Shown here one piece after another: positions 11,371-23,750 of a stretch of 64,000 nt of DNA. This DNA comes from Asterias rubens (taxonomy: Eukaryota). The notes under the pieces were generated by a model. That model did no database searches. It was given only the letters and a program-made list of their open reading frames with translations, and was not told the DNA's origin. Both the position numbers and the translations under genes were made by a program. Position 1 is the first letter of the stretch. Every line of letters starts with the position of its first letter. Location of the stretch: positions 16,616,001 to 16,680,000 of the forward strand of contig NC_047073.1 in assembly GCF_902459465.1 (NCBI RefSeq), given 5' to 3'.

Positions 11371-11693
11371 ATAGACCTTATCGCAAATACCAATGCGCAA
11401 GCGCAGACTGTTGAATGAGGTGCATTGTGGGATAGATATGGATCAAATTTGGATACCAGCTAGACCACAATGCATCAATTTCAAGCTTTACGCGCGCGCC
11501 CCAGTATTTGCGAAAAGGTCTATTGGTATTTGGTATTCCATAGACCTTTTCGCAAATACCGGGGCGCGCGCGTAAAGCTTGGAATTAGGTGCATTGTGGT
11601 CTAGCTGGTATCCAAATTTGATCCATACATATCCCACAATGCACCTCATTCAACAGTCTGCGCTTGCGCATTGGTATTTGCGATAAGGTCTAT
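11371..11693. mobile_element. Fold-back dimer of a roughly 153-bp MITE
   Basis: Arms 11371-11523 and 11540-11693 are reverse complements with about 7 differences, separated by a 16-bp spacer. Each arm has its own ATAGACCTTWTCGCAAATAC terminal inverted repeats. Confidence 0.85.
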
Positions 11694-12905
11694 TTAACTA
11701 ACAGTGCGCCCTCATTGTCATTGTGAAGATAATCAACTTGAATCACTCGAAGATGTAGCCTGAACGTCTGACGTCATTCTTCGAGGCTCGTGAATCCTTG
11801 CGGATAAAGACAGGGGCCCAGTCTAGCGAAGATGTTGTTCCACGATTCCCGAGCCATTGAGTTACAACTACTGATTTATCCATCGTAAGAAATTCATTTG
11901 GTAAAGGTTCTGAGGACTCAACGTTGGTTGACAAAGTAAAATACGGAAGACACGAACGAACATCGCAAAGAGGAAAAACGCAAAACAGACATACAATGCT
12001 ATGTAGTCTTAATGACAAAATGCAGGATTTGTAAATAACAAATTTAATGTGAAAGCCGACTGATTGTCAAGTGTATACCAGTAGCCCATAGAAATAGGCC
12101 GTCTGAAAAACTGTTAAGTCATGCCAAGAAAAATAAGCATCTGATGATACCACTTATCGCCGTTTGTTAATTCTATTGCTGGCTGCAATTAAAATAAGCC
12201 CAATTGCACATAATAATCCCTGACAAAAGTTACTCTTTGTTTCCACTCGTGACTAAATTTAAAATTGATGCACTGGGCATTTTGTTGACACTTTCCTTTG
12301 TTGTCCAATGCCACGTCAATCAAACAAGTTGACCTGTCAACTTCACCATAAATCACTCAGTCATCTAAGAATATAAAAATCCATTAAAGACCTGGAGTCA
12401 AAATCCGCTACTCCGTTGCTATGCGATTTAAATCCCTTCCTACCTTTTTTTATGTTTGTGGGAAATCAGACCCACCTGCTACTCGCAAACCCAACCGGTG
12501 ACAGAAGAGACATACCTGAGTTTCCGGGGCGACCGTGCACCTGTGACCGTGGACAACGGGTGCTGGTTGGGCCGCGTAGGAACGCGATTGACCGGGAGCA
12601 TTTAGGGGGTTGGCCACGGTAGATGAACAAGCCTAGAAGCTGGAAACTGTGTCAGGGTTCCGGTATGTTTGAGGCATGGTTGTTCCCCCCTTCATGGTAA
12701 ACACTTGGGCCATTGTGGTTTTGATGTTTTTAGTTTGACCTGGTTGCTGAAGTTTTATACACTAACTGTTCTTTATTTACAGATTTAAAAAAGTATTCCT
12801 TTTTTAACAAAAAATACACAAAAACATTTACCTTTCCACTTTAGAGAGAAAAAACAAACAACAAATAAATAAATTTGTTGTTAAAAACATACATATCTTT
12901 GATAG

Positions 12906-13182
12906 TTTTGAAACGTCGAAACCACAAATTGCTCTTCTCAGCGGAGCCAACACTCAGAGACAACACAGAGATTTATGGAGGATTGTTAAAGTCCAGCATT
13001 CTGCTTAAGATGAATGAGTATAATGGTTGAAACGTCGATACCACAACAGTTCCTCTCAGAGCCAAGACTCTTTCCAAAAGAGATGTTTACATGTTGTAGT
13101 CCAACATTACGTACAAGATGAGAAAAGTATCCTTTCAGAGCGTCAAGACCACACGGTTTATTTTCAGAGTCAACATTCCTCC
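12906..13182 (+). repeat. Three tandem decayed monomers (about 110-120 bp) of a hammerhead-motif repeat
   Basis: GAAACGTCG at 12910 and 13029 and a decayed GAGCGTCA near 13138, each followed by ACCAC..CT(T/C)TCAG..GCCAACAC-like sequence. Confidence 0.55.
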
Positions 13183-13186
13183 TTAA

Positions 13187-13560
13187 AAGCAGTGGACACC
13201 ATTGGTAATTACTCAAAATATTTATTAGCATAAAACCTGTCCTGGTAACGAGTAATGGGGAGAGGTTGATAGTATAAAACATTGTGAGAAACGGCTCCCT
13301 CTAAAGTAATGTAGTTTTCGAGTTTTAAAGTAATTTTGCACGTATTTAATTTTGAGACCTCAACTTTAGAATTTGAGGTCTAGAAAATCAAGCATCTGAA
13401 AAGCACACAACTACATGTGACAAGAGTGTTTTTTCTTTCATTCATATCTCGCAACTTCGACGACCGATTGAGCTCACATTTTCACAGGTTTGTTTATGAT
13501 GCACATGTTGAGATATACCAACTGTGAAGACTAGTCTTTGACCATTAGTGTCCAGTGTCT
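13187..13560 (+). mobile_element. Kolobok-type MITE, full copy, inserted into a hammerhead-repeat monomer
   Basis: TTAA|AAGCAGTGGACACCATTGGT...GTGTCCAGTGTCT|TTAA. Confidence 0.8.
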
Positions 13561-14544
13561 TTAAACAGATTTGTGATTGTAACCCGCAATAGTTTAGTTA
13601 CTTCCTATCATTCAAACCATCATGACCAACTTCAAACATCGTTTATTTTTCAAAACGTTGAATCTTCGACCTAATCAGATATGAAAATCTCTATAAAATC
13701 ACCAACACAGATCTTCTTAAACATTTTCACAAGCCTGTGGATGTAATGCTCTTGTAAAATAACTATAGCGTATAAGATAATTGATTAAAACAATGCTAAA
13801 ACACTGTCATGTTTAACCGCCATTTATTCTTTCAATTCAAATTCTTCGTCACACATTGTCTTCAACCTCAGTTCCAACCCTCTGCTCACTCCCACCCCAT
13901 CCCTACTCCCCTCACCCCCGGCACGATGGTAGATATTATAGAAGCCTTACAAATTTAATCCTTTCACCAAAACATGCTCAGCAAACATCAGCTCTTCAGC
14001 CGAACAATACAGCAGTGAAAAATTACAGAAAGAGAAAGTCCCAACAAAAGCCTGTACAAATAACCCATGAAGAACACACAGCCACTGGCTAAGGCGTAAA
14101 GCCGAAAAGTTCACTCCAAAGATTTTCCCTTTCAGTTGGAGTACACCGATTACTCTAGAGTTTCTTTTTGATTTGATTTTTCAAGCAGGGGGTCGGTTTG
14201 GAGAACAATAAAGAGATTATGATTTCTGTTTGTTGTTGCTGGAGCGATACATTAAGTTGCTAAATATGAAAACTGCCGACTAACAATACTCGGCAGATAA
14301 TCTGTGTTGGATCGATTGACTGGCTAGGGATTGACATAGTAGACGCTTGTAGTTATATACATAGGAGTCTAATGTTATAAATGAGTTGGAGGAAAGCCTT
14401 GTGTAATGTTGACTCCAGCTCCTCTACATGTCTTGATCAAATTTCTAGTAGCCATTTTCAGCTTTTTGTAGTAAGTTTATCATTATTATTTCCACACGAC
14501 AATGAATTCCACCGTGGGCCTAATTAGAGCTAAAGCAGCCAACG

Positions 14545-14945
14545 GCCAGGTTGTCTCAGTGGTTTTTGTCACTGCCTTTCACCTCTGTGGACCTCAGGTT
14601 CGATACCCGGACAAGAACTTTGTATGTGGATTGGGGTTTTCTTTAGCCCCTACCTGACTGTGTGGGTTTTCCCTATAATATGGGTTTTTCTTATATCCTA
14701 AAACTGGAATGTCTTCATTGTCTTCTCTCTACCACTTAATCTTCGATCTTGTCTTTGTACTGCAAAATTCAAGTCTCTTCTCAAAACTTATCTTATGTCA
14801 CAGGTTTTCAATGACTAATTTTGTTGTGTCTGTTTTTCTTTGTGTTGTGTTTTGTTTTTGTTTTGTTTTTGGTTTTACTGCGCCTTGAACACCCAGCAGG
14901 GTGGATATGTGCGCATTACAAGTCTTATTATTATTATTATTATTA
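14545..14945 (+). mobile_element. tRNA-derived SINE with an (ATT)n tail
   Basis: A-box-like TGTCTCAGTGG (14552-14562), B box GGTTCGATACC (14597-14607), 3' GCGCCTTGAA..GTGCGCATTACAAGTC then (TTA)n at about 14925-14944. A decayed related head is at about 2868-2940. Confidence 0.6.
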
Positions 14946-15030
14946 AAATGTTGTGATGCTTTGCCGACAAGATAATTCAGATTCAGAAATTTTAAATACT
15001 GTTTCCAGTATCATCTGCTAAGCAACAGTA

Positions 15031-15200
15031 AGCAAGAAACAGTAACAGTAAGCAAGAAACAGTAACAGTAAGCAAGAAACAGTAACAGTAAGCAAGAAAC
15101 AGTAACAGTAAGCAAGAAACAGTAACAGTAAGCAAGAAACAGTAACAGTAAGCAAGAAACAGTAACAGTAAGCAAGAAACAGTAACAGTAAGCAAGAAAC
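15031..15200. repeat. Minisatellite, 20-bp unit AGCAAGAAACAGTAACAGTA, about 8.5 perfect copies
   Basis: Read directly from the sequence; it explains ORF 14992..15279. Confidence 0.95.
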
Positions 15201-15488
15201 TGCTCAAATACAGTGGGCCTACGGGTATTTTGGTATCAAATGCCGACCTTAGCAGAGCGTTGCTGATCAATAATTGCATCAGCCAATTCTTTTTCGTTTC
15301 ATCAATATTTGTTCATTTACCATCTCTTGCAAACAAAGATTTCGATGCAATTTCTTACCCCAATTCGCTGGAAGAAGGCGTTGTGGAAGCCAGCGTCGGT
15401 TTGCCAAAACCGTATCTATATGGAGTGAATACCAGTTAAAAGGTTAATTACCATCAGTGCCGCACACTAAAAGAAAGTGTGGAGTTAA

Positions 15489-15875
15489 AGACACTGGACA
15501 CTATTGGTAATTGTCAAAGACCAGTCTTCACACTTGGTGTATCTCAACATATGCACCAAATAACAAACCTGTGAAAATTTGAACTCAATGGTCGTCGAAG
15601 TTGCGAGATAATAATGGAAGAAACTACCACCCTTGTCAAACGAAGTTGTGTGCTTTCAGATGCTTGATTTCGGGACCTCAAAATCTAATTCTGAGGGCGC
15701 AAAATCAAATTCAAATATTTTAGTGGAAAATTACTTCTTTCTCGAAAACTACGTTACTACAGAGGGACCCGTTGTTAACAATGTTTTATAACTATATCAA
15801 CAGCTCTCCATTGCTTGTTACCAAGTAAGTTTTATGCTAACAATTATTTTGAGTAATTACCAATAGTCCATGCCT
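15489..15875 (-). mobile_element. Kolobok-type MITE, full copy in reverse orientation
   Basis: TTAA|AGACACTGGACACTATTGGT...CAATAGTCCATGCCT|TTAA; the body is the reverse complement of the other copies. Confidence 0.8.
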
Positions 15876-15939
15876 TTAATACAAAAGCACCCTTTCATTT
15901 TAGTTTATCCTCATTGACTATTAAACATGTTTTATAGCT

Positions 15940-16010
15940 TTCATGTTGGCTGAGTGGATTCCGTGGTTTACTCGACGTTTCGATCAGTATGATTTAGTTG
16001 TCATCAGGAA
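15940..16010 (-). repeat. Hammerhead-motif repeat with intact core nucleotides and a decayed stem II
   Basis: The minus strand reads TTC-CTGATGA-C-AACTAAATCATACTGATC-GAAAC-GTC-GAG. Confidence 0.55.
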
Positions 16011-16929
16011 CTTGCTGTAGATGATAACTGGGAGTGGATATTCAGTACTCTATAGTTCTTTCGAAACCACGGGTTCGTCTTCAGCTCCATCCGCCTGATT
16101 GAAGCTCAGTGCACAAAGTGCAAGTTTTCAATTTATTGACAAAGCCAAAGTTACTGCGGTTTAGAATGATCAGTCAAAAAGTTTAAATTCCTAAGTATAA
16201 TGTGGTACATTCGACAAGTGCATGAGGTTTATCTTTGTTTGATACCCAAATGCTCAAACGATATCAGCAACACGTGACCAGACAATCCCACACAGCCTCT
16301 CTCTGGTAACGTGGAGTTGCATATAAAACAAGATGACTGCCTATATCTCCATTGTGGCTGTTGTTTGTGCTGACTCTGGCTGTTGATCTGAACCGGATAG
16401 CTCGTACATACCCGGCTCACCATACACAGTACAACCATCGCTCTATGGTACAACAACCGCTTTTGGGCACAAGGGAAAACTACAACACCACCTTCTGTCC
16501 ACCGTATGTTCAAAGCACATGGAATTAGCAATATTCCGTATGTACGACATCATGAGAAGGAAATGTGCTGGATCAATGAACAATGCCGAGGAGGTTAAAA
16601 CCAAGTATCAATATCAAAGCTGTATTTATAAGGTCATTGGTTTATGGGGGATAATTGAGTAGTACAGTAATTCCCATTAAGATAGGCACGACAGGTGGTA
16701 CTGCCAATGTAGACGGATCTAGTGTTACTACAAACTTCAGAAACGTCTTGTGTGTTTCGCCGTCAATCCCTTAGTTCATCCAAGTGATAAAGATGGCCAA
16801 TGGAGGATGCCGACAGGGCAAAGTGATATTAAGTGACGATTAGAAACTCATTCAAAGACAGTTACGGTGTTGGTTTTGCCGGGCTGCACTCCCAGACTCA
16901 CCCTGTTATCAAGGCGGCAGATGGACGGT

Positions 16930-17110
16930 ACCAGAGGAGGGTTGGACCCAGCATGGTGGGCGTTACGGGGACGGAAACGGAGTAAGATCTACGGGTATTT
17001 TATGACTCATTAGTCGATGTTACAACACTTGAACTGGAGAGAAAATGCGTCATAAGGTGGTATGGAATAGCGTGGACAGAATGTCCAATCGCTCGGCGAG
17101 CTGGGTCCAG
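16930..17110 (+). pseudogene. Possible decayed RTE-type LINE ORF2 C-terminal fragment
   Basis: With one stop and one frameshift it reads MVGVT..*DLR..LVDVTT..VIRWYG/VDRMSNR, similar to the RTE motif MxGVT..DR..N..IR...LRWYGHVxRM. Weak. Confidence 0.25.
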
Positions 17111-19480
17111 TTTGGGGTACACTGAGGGCTTGAACAGTTGCAAAAAGTTAAAATAGGTTTCAAGAGTTACTTTATGGTCCACTGGACACTATACTTTATA
17201 TACAGACTCCAACCAAACTGCCTGTAGATTGCTTTCCGTGTGGATGTTTCAACATCGGGTCTTATCCCCTTTTGTAAATAAAGCAGCGTTTAAATAATCC
17301 TTAATTTAACTGTTTGATTAAAATAATGATTGCATAGTCACAGGAACCTTCTTGTATGGGAAAAACTTCGTGTATCAAAGCCGATACTGTTTTTGAATAA
17401 GGTGGACGCGTGCGTTTATATTTATCACCCCCCCTTTCAGTGTAGGCTACAGGGTACTAAGCCAACATGGCGGCCTGTTGACAAAATTTAGGCTCCCCAG
17501 ATCCAAACAATATTTTATTTAAGTAATAGGATGGCTTTGTTAGTACCGGTAGAAACACTGATGAGAAGAGGCATAGCCTTAGCCATAGCCATAGCTGTAG
17601 CCGTAGCCGAAGACGCCTGGCTTCACTGAAGGGAAGACAGCGATTGTATACAACGGCAGGATGTGACATTGTGCCACAACGAGTATGGTGACCTGACCAC
17701 AAAGTACAAATTAGTGGTACGAATGAAAGCACCAGGCTGTTGGGTCCTAACCAACATTTTAATAACAAACTCGGCCACTACAATTCACACAGGTTCAATT
17801 CCCTTTAAAATTAAACTTTTCATTCTTGACGAAAAACAAAAGCAAACAAACAAAACGGTATATATCGCTTTTGCCGAAACACTAAGCATATCAACATTGC
17901 AATGGTTGTTTTATTTGAGCCAGAACAATCCCCACTTATGGTTTGAAAACTAGTATGGCTCCTTTCGGTAAAACTAGAATCAGTGAGTTACAAATAGGGT
18001 ATTTACACAAAAGTATGGTCCCATTTTGGTAAAATGAGAATTTGAATTTGCAATTTTGTTTTCCCAAAAGGGAACACGACATCAATATTGACCTTTTTCT
18101 TGAGTAAAACGAGAATTAGCGAGTGGGTTACTGTTACAAACAGGGAACATGGCACACATGATCCCATACTTAGGGTATGATGAAAACCATCATGATTGCT
18201 TTTTAAACAGAGAACAATACAAACAAACAATGGTGGCACAATACGTTATCTGTAAGTTTTTGTAAGATTGGTGAGACTGTACATCTGACTGAAAAGCAAC
18301 CACTAGATTGCTGTATCTCCCTTTAAGTCAGAGACATCTCCCTCCATCTTGGTTTTTTAATTATCAATGATAGGATAGTTTTCTCGATATGTGTCAATCC
18401 AACAGTGTACCGATCCAAGTAAGCGACCGACCATTCGCCCCAGTTTTCACTCCCTCCATTCCTCTTTATATTTCTTCTCTATAACCCGTCTCAATGTCGC
18501 CTCAGGCTTTAAACGAAAACGTCTTCCCTCTTACCCCCTTGAAGTGACAGCGGCTGTCCAATTCCAAGTATAGTCTCCCCTATCTTACCAAGCCCTAGCT
18601 CGGCTGAATAGAAACACGGGGTGTTCAGGCTGTACGGCGTAGAGAGGGCTTGGCGGTGAAATCGGATCTTGTGCGAGCCGCCTCTCATACACTGCCTGGT
18701 CCGGCCCTCTTGGGCGTTCTTGACGAAGAACTCCGGGAGAGAGGGGGAGTTTTGGATGTAAGCTCGGCATTGGAGAAGCAAAGGGACAAAGGCAGGGAGA
18801 TCTCGAGTGGTACAGGCCCGGGACGATTTGGGGCATTAGCCGTTCGAGGACGTCGTTTCTTGACCCAAAATGACACGCTTGCCGAGCTGATTTGACTGTA
18901 TCTCAAGCATCCCTGCAATACACTTTGAGAAACAGCAAACCCGGCCAGCAACAACAGTTTAGATTGAAAAGAGCCTCGTGGTTCCAGTTTGATGCCTGCA
19001 GGGACGTGACGCGAATCGGGCTCCATTCCAGAGGTTTTGGATGACATATTTCTATATTTTCTCTGCGATTCTTGATGAGTCTTTAAGTATCACACGCTCG
19101 TGGAGACATTATTGAGCATCTTAAAGATGTGTGTCATCCCAAATGTTCGATCGTGCTGCTTTCATTTCGAATGTCACATGTAACAATACACGCTTTATCA
19201 AACCTGCTCATGTTGCCAACCGTATCCCACAGTTGTTTTGCATCATTGCCGTTTTGCTCCGAAATTCTCCTCTCAGAATGTTCTCGCACATCAGAAAAAG
19301 TGAACAAACCCACGCACAGCTACATGTACGTGCATAGCATTCGAGGTCAGAACCAATAAACGCACTACTGATTGTGATAATGTTTCCCCTTCCCGAATAG
19401 CATCCTTCACAAGTATTCAAACATTGGGATCCTTTCAAGTACGCATTCTGTTTGATTCGGACGAAAAATCATGTACAAAG

Positions 19481-19635
19481 GGCCTTTTCCAAACATCGGC
19501 TTAGGCTTCGGGCTCTGGCTTCGGCTCAGATTCCATCATTTATGTTGGAGCAGTGTGTTAGAACATTTTGCACGGTGTTTTCAACATCAAACGAGGCCCG
19601 GAGCCCGTAGCTCGAGCCGAGGTTTAGAAAAGGCC
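19481..19635. mobile_element. 155-bp MITE with 21-bp TIRs (possibly PIF/Harbinger-like)
   Basis: GGCCTTTTCCAAACATCGGCT / AGCCGAGGTTTAGAAAAGGCC (19/21). Related TTTCGAAACC fragments at about 16060-16110 and 59800-59830. No clear TSD. Confidence 0.55.
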
Positions 19636-22600
19636 ACAGGCTCCCAAAAGGTATCCGGAAATTAGACTTCTCGCGAGACTTTGGCAATCTATTGTTATCA
19701 TGTAATAGAATCACGACCTCAATCATGTATTGTAGGGGACACCGTAGACATATCGCTGCAACTCCAAACCGTCGTGCCACAAAGGCAATATTTCTTATCA
19801 CTATGACATTGACTATAACATCCATCAATAGCTAGAGAAAGTGTTCCAACACAATCCACACTAAAGATTTCTTCTAAACTGACTAGACTCCGGCGATTGA
19901 GGGGCTGGTACCGTGACAGAGCTTGGTGTAATGCCGTTAATTAATGCTCAGGCACGGCCTGCGAGTCTATACCCAACCCGGTACGAGGTATTGGACACGC
20001 CGGCCACGTGGGTACGGAGAAAACTGATAGGTACAACATACAACTATGGTTTGAAATATAAGACCTCCCATCTTTACAACATGTTCGTATACCATCATTT
20101 CATTTCACGTATTGATCAACAGGTGGTCGATATGATAGGAGAATAATAGTCCAAACTAAGTCTCCGTTTGTTCATTCAAATCAAATTAGAAGGTCGGGGT
20201 CGCCAACCTGTGGTCATGTGACATACTTCTTGCAGGTTTTCACCAAACTCGAACATTGTCGTTAAAGGTCGGCAAATTTACTACTATATAGGAGGAAATT
20301 AGAAATGACGTCATCATAAGCTGAGACTCCCATTTGATGACGTCAGAGTTATTCACTTTCTCAGAACTTTAAGAAGAATTTGACCTTTTAAAAGTTTGAG
20401 CATTCACAAAATTTGACCCTATTTCTCCAATTCAAGTCAATACGATCAAAGCTGGGAGACTGGAACGTAGTCTGGTCTCCTACTTATACAATCAGAACAA
20501 GTAGTCGCAAAAATACAGGGGTACAGACCAAGATTACCAGTGAGTGGTGGAGGCGTTCAAGCTGCCGCCATGGCAATCATCAATACTGAAGAAAATCACA
20601 TTCAAAAGGGAATAGACTACTCTCTACCCAGTCTCAGTTTGGTTTAATTTATTTAAAAACATAAGAAACGTATAGTATTACTTTGAAGAGAAACACGTGT
20701 AAATGGTGATCAATGTGGACCAGTGACCCTATAGTATAAGCACAAAGAGGACACCAATATTGATTAGTTTTTATTTAATTTATTTCGTTTTTATTTGTTT
20801 TAATTCAATGAATGACATTATAAAATGCCGTTGGGATTTCTCACGATTCTAAATTTCAACAACGTGACCCGTTTATAAAGTCAAAATTATTTGGTGTCGG
20901 TTTATTTGATCCACTCTGATACCATATCTCCGTAAATTATAATCTTTCTAATCCTGCTCTGATATAGCTTTGAGCTACCCCCAGTTAGGACTAAATGTTA
21001 GAGAGAGGGAGAGGGAAATTAACAGTTACATTTTCTGGCTGATGCAGGACGAATCTAAGCGTGCTGAACGCCCTTTGTTTGAATATTGCAAGACCGAGAT
21101 TATTTCCAGTCCGGCTTTTGCAACCCTTTTGTAATTCGATTAAGAAAAATTAGAAGAGGGAAGCTTTTGTGCAAGTCCCTCGAGGGGACGAGACAAAAGC
21201 AAAACGGAGGTAGTCTCTCTCGATTACAATTGATTTGGGTTTGTAGAGATATCGAATCTAATCCTCTGCTACCCACTCCAGTTGCCTGCATCAGATGATA
21301 CGGACCTTGCTAACTACTACTGGGAACGTATGGTAAGTGATTTTCCCAATTGGATATGGTTTCAGTGAGCGGGGAGGATGGAGAGAGTCCGGCATTCAGC
21401 GGGGACTGGGCCTCGCCGGTGGGCCGATCAATTGGCCGTGTGGGCCCGCATCTAGACGGGGACCCATAGCCGGTAACTATCGAATTCCGGGACCGTTTTG
21501 CTGATATTATACGTTGTTGTTCTCTAATCAATCGACGCTCAGGCCCTTTGGCCTTTCTCCAAACACAACCACGTGCCATTTTCACATTATTCAAAAAGAG
21601 AAGACCAGAGAAACAGAGAGAGAGCGGTCTCTGTTGCATGAAGTTTAATAATTGCATGTATTATCCTTAATTAAATGTTGGCTTCATAAAGACACAGTTA
21701 ACTTCAGTTTACATAAGGGTTATTTTCAACTGAGAAGTTAATATGAGTGCCAAAACAACGAGGCAAATGATCTTGTCGACCACATCCCAAAAGATTCGCC
21801 ATGGTCATGAAACTCACATAACCAAGACTCAGGTATAGATTAGACTGGTGCCGTGAAATAAGTGACAGTGAAAGGTCATTTGTATGGTCAAGATACCGTA
21901 CAGCCAATGATGTAAATTGGCTTTGACGATGCCTAAGCTGCCTTTACTCAAAGAAAATGAAACAATAAAATGAACAATGACCGAAGTTCATCGCAATGCA
22001 AGCACTGCTGCTGACATTTAATGCAATAATCAGACTAAGACTTCTGAACAAAGACAATAACTTCAAGACAGACAGGCAAGTAGTTTGAGAAAAGAAAGAC
22101 AACTGCAAGAAGATACGTGACCATACAATGACTATACATGAAGAAATCACAATCAAAACACTCGACGATGAAAACGGTCTACGTTCACCCCCAAGAAAAC
22201 ATGCAACAACGAGCGCCGAAATGATCCTTCGCTAAACATGAAGTACATTTACAGTTGACATTTTGTTGGAGAGAGCACCCCACGAGTATCTTGTCTAAGC
22301 AATGTAAAAACCATTTACAAAGTCCGAGAGTAAACACGCACTAGTACAAGGAGCAGCCAACAGGGCGGTGCTATCGTCGCGTTGTCCCCCACCATACATG
22401 GCCCTTGATCAGCCCAAACACACAAGGTCAAGACGCTATCGCGGCACTACTATATCAAACTCAAGGATGTCGACAGTGCGATGGCTTGGTTGCTAACATT
22501 CTAGGATAACTGTCTTCTTATATGACTAGTCTCGTTGTCTGAAGAGGTTGCTTGTTGTTTCTAGTGTTTTCTTTTCTTATTAAAGGACCTTTTTCTGCAG

Positions 22601-23750
22601 TCATTGCTAGAAGCAGTTGCTGATTTTATAAGCATCGGGAAGAGGCTACTTGGCTTATTTCTCTTGGTTTGTGCAAAGAGGTCACGAGACCCGGAAAACT
22701 AAGCTATTTTTTTTATTCTCAACTTGCAACTGAATTTTGACGCAGTGTTATGGGCTTAGTAGATTTATAGGTTTCTAAATAATCTAGATTGTGTTGTTAT
22801 TCTCCAGGTACGAACTGTCGACATTGATGCCTTGAGTGGAAGACTAGCAATCGCAACATCTTTTAATTTGATGAAATCAAACACCAAAATAATATAGCGC
22901 CACCACCGGCGGTGCATTGTAGGTATAGTTACTGCCGTGCATGTCATGTAGTGAAAAGAAAATAGGAAACCAAAAACTTGTTCTGTTTTGAAGTTGGACT
23001 CGCGAGGCTAAAATATTTCGGGGGAAGTTTGCAACCAAAACCATCTGTATATCGTGTATACGTTATGTGTTAATCTGCAGACATGTATTAACAATTCACC
23101 TTATAGACAACGGGACAGCCTGGTATGGAAGGCTAATCATCATTATTAAGAGCAATAAATGACAAGAGTAACTCACCTGAATCGATTATAAGCCTCTTAC
23201 ATCTTGTTGTACTTTCCTAAAATAAGTTGTTGCTGCCCCGGAGAGGGTGTGTTGCAGTTCCATGCGAGCTCTTTGTTTGTTCTGTTAGGGTGCCTAAATC
23301 ATTGGTAGTGATAAAACAAAACATTGTGAAAACATCTTTATTGGAGTGTCGTTTGTAAAACAATCAACAACCTCAGAAGAAAAAACCCCAAGCACTTCCC
23401 ACTGTGTACTCTCGATGTGCAAGAAAAGTTAGTTTTTGTTTCGATATGCCAGATCAAATTGATATATCATGTTCATATCATGATTGTTTTGACATGGTGT
23501 CCGAGATTTAAAGAAGACTTCAAACCCTACTCAACCACGCAAAGCCTAAAATCATACACACCAGACAGTTTTAATATAAAGCTTTACGTCTTTGTTTCCC
23601 AATCACCGCAGAAAACAAAGCATTTCCATTATTTTCACTCTCAAAAATTATGTCTTCCTCATCAGTAATCAAAGACTGCATTAATCTAGATCCTTAACCT
23701 AGAGACGGCAAGGGTCGCTTGGTATTCAACTAGCCTCATTATTCGCTCAC

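Noticed and set aside
11743-12018. Protein-looking 91-aa minus-strand ORF, and similar fragments at 21960-22240 and 55513-55698
   Set aside because: No family recognised and no consistent splice context; it would need TBLASTX or RNA support.
14545-14610. tRNA gene
   Set aside because: A and B boxes are present but there is no closed cloverleaf, and it continues into a SINE body and tail.
14992-15279. Repetitive ORFs here and at 27331-27627, 41671-41929 and 43494-43808
   Set aside because: Products of stop-free minisatellites.
16060-16090. CTGAAGA...GAAA on the minus strand as another hammerhead
   Set aside because: Stem II pairs poorly, no stem III or GUH follows, and the sequence belongs to the TTTCGAAACC MITE family.
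17330-17342. 13-nt match to miR-153, and 11-nt match to miR-7 at 22837-22847
   Set aside because: The 3' halves diverge and there are no pre-miRNA hairpins.
18840-18875. KKRRPRTA resembling a homeodomain N-terminal arm
   Set aside because: No helix 1 or WFQNRR-type sequence follows in any frame.
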